Positions 1 through 11,931 of a stretch of DNA of 64,000 nucleotides are shown here, piece after piece. This DNA comes from Auanema rhodensis (lineage: Eukaryota > Animalia > Nematoda): NCBI GenBank assembly GCA_964057225.1, contig OZ059897.1, positions 16,740,001 to 16,804,000 of the forward strand. Direction: 5' to 3'. Under the pieces are notes generated by a model, which was given only the letters and a program-made list of their open reading frames with translations, was not told the DNA's origin and did no database searches. Numbering within the stretch: the first letter of the stretch is position 1; each line of letters starts with the position of its first letter. A program made the position numbers and the translations under genes.

Positions 1-13
1 AAATAATTTTTAG

Positions 14-3000
14 GTTTTAATATATAATCAAACAAATGTACCAGAAAGTAGTTTAGATGGTGTTAATGTTCCTTCAGGATATTCAATGGATATACCAGTT
101 AAGATGCAACATGTATGTTATTTTTAAATTTTTAATTTTTAATATTTTATTTTATTTAGAGACATAAAATTCCCGGAGTACATTGTATTGATGAACGAAA
201 TGAACATATTGAAGCTCGAGATGATTTTAATTCAGAATATAATGTTCGAACATGTTCAATACGTCGATATATGACTGAAATTGAAAAAAAGTGTAATTGC
301 TCGATGAGAAGAGCATTTCAACCAAGTTCTGAAAGTAAGATTTAAGCTCTACAAAAAGTTATTTCTGTTTGTTTTTAGATTCATATCGTAATTGTAATGT
401 TGATGACTATTTTGGCTGTGTTCAAAATGTTGTAAAAGCTGTACAAGAAGTTGGATCTAATGCTGATTGTCAACCACCATGCCAAGTAGTTGACTTTACA
501 GCTTGGCAGGTAATTATTTTAACTTTTTACTTTATCTTTATGTTTTATATAATATATTAAGGATATGAATCGTATGCCTAGCAATTTAATGCCAACTTTA
601 ATAGAAGAACATGAAGAAGAAGATGAAGCAGACGTTGCACAAGAAGATATTGAAGAAGATGTAATAATTTTCAATTTTTAAATCAAATAATATGAAATAA
701 TATTTCAGAAATATTTAGAAACAAGAGAAAGTAGTGATGAAACATTTAGTTGTCATGATAGTGCAATTTTAGATGAAAAACAGGTAAAAACATAGAAATT
801 CTACAAAAAATATTTTTATATTTTAGGTTCAAAGAATTAAAAGAGATGCTCATCGTGCATATGAAAAACAAGCAAGATATCAAGAAGATATATTTTTACG
901 ATCAAAAAGATTAATTCTTCGATTACGAATGGCTATTGAATCGTTTGTTTTTTTATTTTTTAAAAACTATTTGTTGTTGTTGTTGTTTAGAATAAGTAAT
1001 CTTCAATGGGGCTGGCATGGTGGAGACTTTAAGGGAATATATCAACGATTATTAGATAATGTTACTTGTTTTAATACATTCAGGTTTCTTTTTTTTATAT
1101 TTTATTATAAAAATTTGAAAATTTAAGTGAACGTCATGAAGGAATAGCAAGTATAATGAAAAATCGTCCACCTTTGAGTGAAGAAAAACGTGCAAGTCAA
1201 ATTCATTATGTAAAATATTTTAAAAATTAACAATAAAATAAAAATATTTATAGTTATTAGATGAAAATTCACATAAACGTAATCCCAATCGTCATAAAAC
1301 TATTGGAGATGTTAAATCATATTATGGTGATCGTGTTGAAATAGTTTTAAAAGAAATGCAAAATGTTCTTGAAACTGTAAGTATTATAATATATAAATTA
1401 TATAAATTATAAATAATATTAAAGATTGAAATTATGTGGCAAATATTTGAAGAAAAAACATATTCTTCTCTATTAACAGCTGATTTATCGCCAATGGATA
1501 GGACAGTTCAATTGATGACTCAGGTTTAAAACTTTTTTTTTCTCATATTTGATAGAAATTTTGCAGTATGAAAGTGGGCAATTACAACGAAGAGCTTGGG
1601 CTGAAAAGATGCAATCAAGAAAAATGAAACATTTCTTTGATGAAGAATTTTATGAGGTAAAATAGAATTAAGAAAGATATATTATAATTATATTTATATT
1701 AAAGGGATATTATTCTCCAATTATACATGATTTAGATCATAGCTTAGTTAAAGTTATTGATCGTTTAGAATCTGAAGAATGGATAACATTAAAGAATAAT
1801 ATTATAAATGGAACTGCTATAAAGGTTCTTTTTTTAATTTTATTTTTAAAATAAATTATTTTTTTAGACTGGAGCGATTTTATTTTTTGAAGATCCATCA
1901 GAAGAAAGTTTAAGGAAATTCCGAGAATTTCTTATGGATGTTTATAACTGTACTACTGGTGAAGTAAAGCAATTTGCACAACAACAACTTAAAGAATTTC
2001 GTAAAGCATTTCGAGAACTTCAGGTATCATGAAAATAAATTTTAATAGAAAACAAGAATATATTATTATTAATTTAGACAGCTTATACAAATTTATTCCG
2101 AAAAGAACTTCCAGATTATTTAGAAAATTTTGAATTTGGATCAAAGTTTGTAACGTAAGTATAGAATATTTTTATTATTTTTTAAGAAAATATATATTTA
2201 AGAGATAATTTTGCTATGGTTAATATATTCTTTCATCGTTTACACACAGAAAAATGGAGTCAAGATCAAACATATTCAATATGGAGTTTAGCTTGTAATA
2301 ATTTATAATTTTATAAAAAATTTGAAATGAAAAATGAAATTAAGGTGATGTTGGTGGAGCACTCGGACTATTTCTTGGATTAAGTTTATTAACTTTAATT
2401 GAATTAATATATCTTATAATTCAAAATAAATTTTTTTGGAATAATGTGAAGAAATGTTCAATTTCTGATTGGTATGTCTAATATTTAATATAATTTCTTC
2501 TTTTTATTATATTTAAGTTTCACCAAAAAAGGAAGAAAAAAGTTTTTTTGTAAACAAACACCAAAATATATGGAAAATGGTGGTGTTAGTAGCAAAGATG
2601 TATCCATAAGTGATATTATAGAAAAAACTTTAAAAGAACGTCAATATTCTAGTAATTCTGAGCCGAGGTTTGTATTAATTTTATTTTTAATTATAATTAA
2701 GTAATTGAAGACCAAAAAGAAGCATTTGGACTAATGAAAATCCATATATGTCAGTACCATCTGATGATCCCGATGACCATGATTCCGATGAACGTCCATC
2801 ATCAGCATTATCAGATGGTAAATATAATTTGTATATGAATATTTATAAAATTTTCTTTATAGATATTCCACATTTAGAAACTGTAAATGATTCAAAAAAA
2901 TCTTTATTAATGAATCCAGAAATTAATAATAGGTTATATATTTAATTTATTGATTCAAATTCATTTATATCTTCTTTGTTTTTTAGATTATCAAATATAC

Positions 3001-3226
3001 CAGAAGAAAGTTCATTATCAAAAAATGGAGATGATTCAAGTAGAGAAGAACCAAATACAAGTTTTACAAAAAATGAAAAGGTTTAAACATCTATTTAGAA
3101 TTTAAAATTATTTATTTTTAGGAAAATACACCAACAGAAGAAGATGTTACAGATTCAATTTCTGTTACTAATAATAATATTCTTTTTAGAAAAAATAATA
3201 CAACTGAAAGACAAACAGTTCTTTAA
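14..3226 (+). CDS. DEG/ENaC (amiloride-sensitive sodium channel family) subunit, 3' part, DEL-10-like with large ectodomain insertion; 5' end outside window
   Basis: Spliced translation gives VNVPSGYSMDIPV, Cys-rich thumb (CSIRRYMTEIEKKCNC...CNVDDYFGC...CQPPCQVVDF), DNFAMVNIFF and the TM2 signature YSIWSLACDVGGALGLFLGLSLLTLIELIY; >20 short GT-AG exons; stop TAA 3224-3226 after ...ERQTVL. Confidence 0.92.
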
Positions 3227-3479
3227 TTAAAATATTTTTATTATATTTATTGAAATTATAATAAAAATTGAAAAAAAATTGTGTTTTGTAAGGAATTTAG
3301 ATGTACATAGAAGAAGATCAAATTGAATTATAAGAACTTAAAACTTATATTACAAAAACAAATATTCAAAAAACATATTATGGTATCTAATATGAGATTA
3401 GAAGATATTATATGACATTTGATTATTCAAATCATAACTTTCTTTAACAAAAAATATTTATAATTTGATAATCAACTGT

Positions 3480-3640
3480 ATTCAACCACATCCAATTTAA
3501 TATTTTTCAATACAGAAACTTTTCATAAATGTTCAATAGGATTCAGATATGGAGACTAACCTGTCTGTCTAAAACATTCAAGCTATGTTCCAGAAGAAAG
3601 CTTGATATTGATATAACTCTCTGCTTAGAATCATTCAAAA
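3480..3640 (-). mobile_element. Decayed Tc1/mariner (DD34E) transposase fragment
   Basis: Minus strand reads NDSKQRVISISSFLLEHSLNVLD then, after a frameshift, SPYLNPIEHL* (3557-3523), matching the Tc1 segment DNDPKH...LDWPSQSPDLNPIEHLW with W->stop and D->Y. No TIRs recognised. Confidence 0.75.
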
Positions 3641-3836
3641 TAATCAAAAAAAATATTTTGTTTAGTTAATATAGAAAAACAAATATTTAAACTTTTTTAT
3701 TTTTCATTATATTACAATATACATTTTGTTCGAATATATGACGTTTTGACGTAAAACATGGATACAATTTCAAAATGAAAAAATATTCGAAAAAGTTTTT
3801 AAATTGAAACAAGTTGAAAGCAAAATAGAATGTAAG

Positions 3837-4410
3837 TTAACAAGGCTTATCACAACAACCACAAGTCTTAGCACAGTGCAATTTTCTTGATTCTGGAGTA
3901 TAGAAAGAATTTTTACAGAATCCTCTTTTATTCCAATCTGCACAACTAAAAATATAATATTTGAAATATATTATATGAATATAGAATTTACGCTGGATTA
4001 TTATCAACACAAGGCGGTGTTACATCTTCACAATAACCACAAGTTTTCTTGCAATATCTAATAATATTTTCATTTTAATAATAATATTACTATTATATTT
4101 ACTTAAATGATAAATCATCATATAATGAATTTTTACATCGGGCTAGGTCACAATTCAGAGCTTCATCTTCACAAGTTGCTTAAATAGTTATATTCAAGTT
4201 TTAATTTTAAAGCTTTTATATTAATTACCTGCACTTACTGTTGTTGTTCCTGCTGTTGTTGTTTCTGCTGTTGTTGTTTCTACTGTTGTTGTTTCTTCAG
4301 TAGATTGTGCTAATAAATAATTAATTATATTATTAGACTTGTATATAAAACTTACCCATTGTGATCAAAGGCAGAAGAAACATAATAAAAATTGAAGTTT
4401 TGAAAATCAT
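3837..4410 (-). CDS. Secreted protein with Thr-rich stalk and two ShKT domains
   Basis: Signal peptide MIFKTSIFIMFLLPLITMA, (ETTT) repeats, then CEDEALNC..C..YCKKTCGYC and CVDNNPxCADWNKRGFC..HCAKTCGCC; five exons; stop at 3837-3839. Confidence 0.92.
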
Positions 4411-4439
4411 AATTAAAGAGGAAAATGAGTAGAGCTTAA

Positions 4440-4720
4440 TGATAAGCTACACATATTTATACTGATCATTAGAATTGATATGTTTCAATCCGATTAGAAT
4501 AGTTTAAATCATTTTTACAGAACATTATCATCACTAAAGGTTTTTTGATAACACAATCACGTTATATTTGATAAATGTTGTATACATTTCGTTTTTAAAA
4601 ATTTTAAATGAACTATATTTTTGCTTATCTTCATATGTTTTATAATTTTATAAGAAAACTAAAATTACATACATATATAGGTGTAAAGAGTAAAATTAAT
4701 TTTTAAATTGAAAATGATAA
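4440..4720 (-). promoter_or_regulatory. TATA box plus clustered TGATAA (GATA/ELT-type) sites upstream of the ShKT gene
   Basis: TATAAATA on minus strand 4461-4454, ~45 nt above the ATG; TGATAA/TTATCA at 4440, 4525, 4546, 4569 and 4715. High AT content inflates chance matches. Confidence 0.45.
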
Positions 4721-5041
4721 CAAACTGTATAGATTTCAATTTATTTATTATACAATATTATATTATTCATAGCATATACATATAACTAATGATATAATAC
4801 TTCAAATATGTTATTATACTCATCTTTTCAAAACAAAACTTAAAACTTTTTCAAAAAATGTTTGAGCAAGTTCAAAAAGAAACACTAGATTAGGGATAAT
4901 AATGGGAATATTTTAAAAGAAGGACAAACTAAGAAAGTTGTTAAGGGAATGAAGAGAGCCAGAAACTTTAGCTAAAACCTATTATGTAATAATTTAATTT
5001 AAAAATATTTCTAAATAATATATTTGTAACTAACAATTACA

Positions 5042-5084
5042 TATTTATTTATTTATTTATTTATTTATTTGTTTATTTATTTAT
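5042..5084. repeat. (TTTA)n microsatellite
   Basis: About 10 near-perfect TTTA units visible directly. Confidence 0.9.
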
Positions 5085-5878
5085 GAGATTTAAAATTATT
5101 TTGATTAGGAAATAACCTACATGACAGATTTTCTTATATATAATTGCTATTAATTCTTCTTTTTTTTAATCGTTTCTCAAGATTAAAAAAACTAGACTGT
5201 ATTAAATAGCTAAATTTCAAAATATAATTCATTATTTTCCACAATTTTTAGAAAAAAAAGTCATCGCAGCCTACTTTTCGGTCATTGATTTGAAATCCGA
5301 CAACATCGTAAAGGTCACCTGGAAATAAGATGATAGTTTGACCATTTTCTCTTGCTTACTCTCTAACTAAATTCCTCTCTTTCTTTTTCTATGACAATTT
5401 TTGGTCACAACTAGGTTATTCCTATTTTCATCCCAAATCAATCTCTTGAAATCCGGAACATATCATAAATTCTGAAGACGATCCCACACAGTCTCCTTCT
5501 CTCATTTTTTCGCGTAAATTACATTGATTGTGATTGAAATCAAATCTTTTTCTATTAATCTACCAGCTACATAACCAGAAATATGTTCAAATATATAATC
5601 TTATTGTCTTTTATTTTCTTATCACAAGCAAGTGTTCTTATTGAAAAGTAAGTATTCTCATAGATCTTTTAAGCATTTCTACTGTACTGTTTGAAATTAT
5701 GCTCATGATTTCACTATGAAATGATAAAGAAATTATAGAAACCTTTTTATATATTAAAAAATTAAAATTATTATTCTTTTTGCTTTATATTTTGATTAAA
5801 ATTTTTAAAAAAATATATTTACATATATATAATTAAAAATATATTTCAAATAACTTTAAAGAATTAAATCATTTCAGA

Positions 5879-6421
5879 AATAATTCAACTGATGTTGAAA
5901 TTTGGACAACATTTAATGAAACTGATGGAATTCAGGTAAAAATAATATTATTATATAATTATTTATTATATTTCTAGTACTCTACACATAATATAACTGA
6001 TGATATAATGAAAGCTCAAGTTGTTTATGTTTCTGGAAAAGGTGTCTCATCAGCTAGTTTGAAGAATATTAATAATAAAACTACTGTTCATACGGTATCA
6101 ATAATTATAATTTAAATATTAAAAAATTGATTATTATAGGAATTATTAGCTGAAGTATTAACACCACTTCAATATACATTAAAACATAAAAAACATACAA
6201 GAAAAGATAAGTTAAATGAAGCTGCTAAACATCTTTCTAAACATTCAAAAGTATAATTTCTTAATTTTAAATAATTTTCTATTTTTATTCTTTAGAAATC
6301 AGCATTAGCTAGTTCAACACGTTGGTCATCTAAAAACTTTACTGTTCCATTACATATCAAACCATCTCAAGAATCAACAGGAATTACTTTACCATTGGTG
6401 GATAATAAAAAAGAAAATTAA
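5879..6421 (+). CDS. Small hypothetical protein, four traceable exons, start codon not resolved
   Basis: Phase-compatible exons NNSTDVEIWTTFNETDGIQ / YSTHIITDDIMKAQVVYVSGKG... / ELLAEVLTPLQYTLKHKKH... / KSALASSTRWSSKNFTVPLHIKP...KKEN*, canonical GT-AG introns. Confidence 0.6.
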
Positions 6422-9400
6422 CTAATTTTTTTAATAAATATAATATAAAAACAAGATCTGAAGACAAATGCTTCTACTTATTATATTAACATTGTATATT
6501 AATTTTTAATATTTATTAATAATATTTTCAATTTTATATTATTTTAATAAAAAATTATATTTTTTATTTTATAATTAAGTCAATTTTGTTTTTATAAGTA
6601 GTATATATAATATAATATATAATTTACATATAGATATTATGCAACTTTGAAGTCAATAAAACTAAGAATAATATACTTAAAATCAAATAGCAAATGTAAA
6701 AACTTGATATATAAAAAGAAAGTTTTTTTTCTTTTAAAATATAAAAAATCAGAGTAAAATTAATAAACAAACTGAATATTAAATATATAATTTAAAAAAC
6801 TTCTCAGCTTCTTCAAAAACACTTATGAATTTTTTCGTAAAATAGCGTTTGGAATTTAACAAAATTTTTTCATGTTCAAACGAAATAATTTTTGAATATA
6901 CATATATACTTTATATGTAAATTTAGGAATAAAAGTTTTAAATAAAATCTAAAAATTGATATTTATTCGGATGAAATATTTATCTTTTGAGACTCATTGT
7001 ATTTGGTATTACAACATGTAGTTGATGGACAAATGATGTTCATAGGCAGAATTCAAATGAGCAATTGCATTGATACTTCTTCTTGTCTTCATAATATATC
7101 TTGTTTTTATATTTTATTTTACAATTTTAAATAAGAATATATCTATATAGTTTATCAAGATTTAATTATAATTTATATATAAAACATGTTATAATACAGC
7201 GTAAAGCTTGCGTGCTACATATGCTCTGCTTAGGTTATTTCAAATTAATTTTTTATTCTGTTCTTCGCACATTTCAATGTCAAAAGTTTAAAAGTAACTA
7301 AAAAAAAAAAGAAAAACTAATATATTTCCGCGGAGTACAACTATTTTCATTGAACATCTGTCTTTCTCACAATCTGACAAAACCTTTCTTTCAAATTAGG
7401 AGGCAGAAAATGAATATTACTATTATTCAAAAAATAAAAAAATTATTATAACTATCTGTATAGTTAAACATAAATTTTTAGTTTTAAATATTCTAAATGC
7501 TACTTGTTTAGAGAATATTAACTATTCTTTTTTTGGAACGCTGTCAACTTTCGTCTTTCCAAAAGAAAAACGAATTAAAAGCTAATTAGAACAAAAAAAA
7601 GTTAATTTATATAATAAAAACGAAAATAATATTTTAGAAATTATATTTCTTTTCCATTTTTTAAATTTTAAAAGAAAAAGTTGTAAACTTTCGTTCGTTT
7701 AGTTTTAAAACAATAAAAAAATAATATTAACAAGAAAATTATCATGAAAATTCATGCTAATTAACTGACAAATGGATTCCATATAAGCATTCACAACTGC
7801 CTCCTCAGTTAGCTAGTTGAGCTTAATCTTTTTTTAGAGCTAGGATATTAAATGGCAAAATTGCCTTAATAGAAGGGCTATATAAGCAGTTTTGGTCATA
7901 GCTGAACCACCAGAGTCCTATCAGATTTCCATTTTCTGCTAGCCAATCTAATTATACGAATACACTTCCTCTATACTCTTCACAACCTTACTTTTCTTTT
8001 CGATCTCCGTCTTTTTTTTATTTTTCTCTCGCACTCCTTCATCGCTTTTATCTCTTCCTGCTATGCTTATTTCCTTTCAACCACCCACCCAGAACCTCTT
8101 GGCTTTTCATTTAGTTACTTTTCATCTGTAAATTAGTTTCTTCAAGGAAAAACTTTTTTTTTAAACTTTCTTTTTTCGATTTCATGTATCTGAGAAGACT
8201 TTTGTTGTCTTTAAATCATATTTAAATATTTTATTTTGCTTTATTAATAATTATTTACTTACATAGTATATAATATATACTATATTACTATAAACATTGC
8301 AATCCAGTTTTCAAATCCAATCAAAAATTTCCAACTAAGATTATATATGAAAAGAAAATAATTTTTTAATTATGATTCCTTCAAATATTCAAAAAAAATG
8401 AATTGTTAACATATACATTCTTTGAAGCGTCTTTTGTTCTCATTTTAACTAGAAGAGGTCGTTGAATTTTTCAACTCGAATGTTTAAAAAGACATTTCTC
8501 GGTTCATTTTTACGAGAAACCGTTGAACATATCATGGGTATTGTTAAATTTTACATTTTCATCTATATATACAATAGAATCCTTAATAATTTTATAATTA
8601 TTGCTGTTTATTTTCAAATTTTATGGCCCAAATGTTGTGGGCCCAGCTACAGACCGGTTGGTCATCTATAATTCCAACTCCAACTGCATCATTAATAGTA
8701 AAATCCTGTAATCCTGTCTCCCGTTTTATGTATTCTTCCGCTTTCTCTCTTTTTTTCTCTTTCTATGTACATATCTCTGATTGCTATTCCCTTGTTCTTT
8801 TGAAAACTGATCTGATCGGAATCATTTTTCCTTTTCATCTTTCATTACATTTATAAGTTTTAAAATAATTATAATTACAGCTATATATGTATATATATGG
8901 AACTTTAATGTCTAAACATCATTTTTCATTCAATCAATATTTTACAATTAATCAATGAACAGTGCAAATATTGATAATATATGTATGTATATATACAAAA
9001 CTAAATGTTAAATTAATAATTACAAAAATGTCAAATATATCGAATATGTCAAAATTATTTTTGTATTATTCTTCTATCTGAATCATATTATACCTGTTTT
9101 CTTAATCTAGATAATTTCTTTTTTTTGTCTTGTGATGTATTTCTTTCTTTTTACTCAAAATAAATATATATACTATATAATATATAGTATATACTATATA
9201 TTATATATTGTTCATTTATAATATAATGAATATTTCATGAATCATTACTCTCTTTTAGATCTCCAACTTTGAAAAATTATGTATATTAACTATGCATATC
9301 TATATGTCTTTTCTAAAAATTTCATGTTTAGCAGTTCTAAAAACATGTTTGGTTAGGAAAGATAGAGAGAAGATCGTAAACATACATAGAGTATTATAGC

Positions 9401-10681
9401 ACAATTTAATAGAAAATTCTGTTTGGTATTACCTTTCTAGCCAACTTTCTTGTCTTCTTTTTCTTCTTTTTTCCACTCTATCTCCGGAAGCTTTAAAGTC
9501 ATTTTCTTATTCACCCAATCTTCTTGTTTGATGTTCTATCTCAAGCTGTTTTTTTTTCTTCAAATATTTTTTTAGTTTTTTTCATCGATTACTATATGAT
9601 CAGTGCTACTTATTCATTCGTTTTAATATTCTTCAATCTATTAAAACAATAATTATTATTTAATTTTTAGTTTATTAATATGAAAAAGGTAAGAATTTTA
9701 TTTATAAATTGCTCGAATTTACACATTTTTTGTCATTGTTATATTCATTTGGCAATAAGATGAAGACTATGAGAATCCAGTTTCTGAGAAGCGTAACGTA
9801 TTCGCCCAAAAAAACATTTCAATCATGTTATAACAGCTGATATGTATTCTCTTCAATCAGTACAATCAGCATGAGCTCACTCATCGATTGGATTTTATTT
9901 ACTTTAAAATCTATAAGTTTAAAAAAAACAAAGATATGCATGTATTGGCGGCTTGTTTCTTCATCAATTCTGCTAGCTTGCTACCAAAGGCTTTTCGAAG
10001 AAATACAATCAGATCATGACGATAAGCAGCAATGTAGACATCCATCATGGAAACGTCATGCCTATAGACCACAACAACTTGCTGTTTATAGGTTCAACAG
10101 GTTTTATTTAGAAATTCAAGAGATTCAGGCAGCTTTTAGAATTTTTTAAAATGAAATTTGGCTTTAACTATAATCTTTTACCCTCATTTCAATGTTTATT
10201 TTTATCCAACCAAACTAGTAAACATTAGGAAAACTAGTTTGTTAACCCTTGTCTGCGCTACAACTATTTGTTCCGCAGATTTCGATCTGTATCTGATTGC
10301 ATTTGTACTGTGTGATGACAATGTTTAATAGAGAAAAATGCAAAAATAATACTTTTAACTTGTCTTTCTTAATTTATTCGATTACTTCTTAGATAATTAT
10401 TTGTTATAATTAAAATATCTATTTATTCATGTGAAGAAATAATAATTATTTACATTATATAATCGTCAAATATTCATTCACTAACTTCGTTCATAAAATA
10501 TTTTGTTAAAGCAATTAACTAATTATATAAATTGACTTAAAAGATCAATTTTATTTAATCTCTTCTTATTTTATTAAATCTTCAACTCCTCTTCATGTTC
10601 TTTTAAACTTTTTTTTATAATAATTTCTTTCTTTATCTCTTTAACATGCTGTTCCATTTTTATTGTTTTAGGTCAGATGGC

Positions 10682-11322
10682 ATGCGTTGTGTGTTTCGTG
10701 GTATTCTTATAGGTTTTCTTATTTTGGTTACAATTATCTACTTCATCATACGTGCTTTTCATAATGCTTCAGATCCTGATTATGAAGAAGGTTTATATTA
10801 TAAATAAATTAATAAAATTTGTATTTCATATTAAATTTTTTAAATAACCAATTTGTTTTTTCAATTTTTTTTCAGTCGTGGATGAAGCTGCACGTCGGAT
10901 CTTAGAGGGAGAAGCTGATATATCTAATGTCACTGATCGCCCAGGAGTTTCAGTATCTGTAGCTATTGTTCTCATAGTTTGCCTTGTTAGTGTCGTTCTT
11001 CTAATTACGGGTAAGATTACTTGTTTTTAAATTTTGGATTAAATCTAAACTTTTTGAGTTAATATATTTTTATTTTACAGGTATTATCATAGTGGCTGTA
11101 ACATTAGATCCTACAACTGCTGATGATGAGGAATCAGAAATCGAATCTGATGATTCAAAAGTACTCCTTCTGAATTCAAAAATTTTAATAATTTTTGATT
11201 ATTTTTAGTTTGTAATGGATCCGCCGTCTTTCTACTCTCATTCTGAATATGATCATCTCTTTGCTGAAATTGAAAATGATGACAATGATGAACCACATCT
11301 ATATTTCCACCCAGACTTGTGA
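10682..11322 (+). CDS. Small orphan membrane protein (two hydrophobic helices, acidic tail)
   Basis: Four exons: MRCVFRGILIGFLILVTIIYFIIRAF... / VDEAARRILEGE...VSVAIVLIVCLVSVVLLIT / GIIIVAVTLDPTTADDEESE... / FVMDPPSFY...FHPDL*. Last exon is less certain. Confidence 0.65.
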
Positions 11323-11931
11323 TATTTGACGGGATTACCAAAATTACTTTTTACATTGTTAGCGGATTTTTTGAGAAAAATAAAATCTTATTCTTGAGAG
11401 GAAATTTATTTGTATAAAACATAGTAGTAGGTAAAAAAATATGATAATTTACAGATAATATTAAAATAATAGAGTCTACAATGACATAGCAAATATGAGA
11501 ACTCGTTTCGGCTACCGTAACAGGAAGAATCTAAGCTATATATCATATCATTCATATAATAAAAATAGAAGAAGGAAATTTCGCATGAGCACATTCAATT
11601 GCACTTGTATGTTAATAAATTTTTTCCTAGATGCACAAATCAACAAAATAGAAACGACATCGACTCTATGAATATGCATACCCGAAATCTACATTGAATC
11701 TATGAGAAATTGCATTTCTCTTAAAATCTCTATATGGTAATAACCCTAATAATCTATACAAGTACAATTCAGTTGCTCGTGCTGGCAACAGGATGTTTCT
11801 TAACATCCAAATATTAGGCTAATAACGTTCTCTATATCGACAAGAATGCGTAAATTTCTATGACAGGCATGACCTCAGTCACACCGAATTCGGTAGAAGA
11901 ATATTGGAAGCGACAGAAATTAAAAACATAT

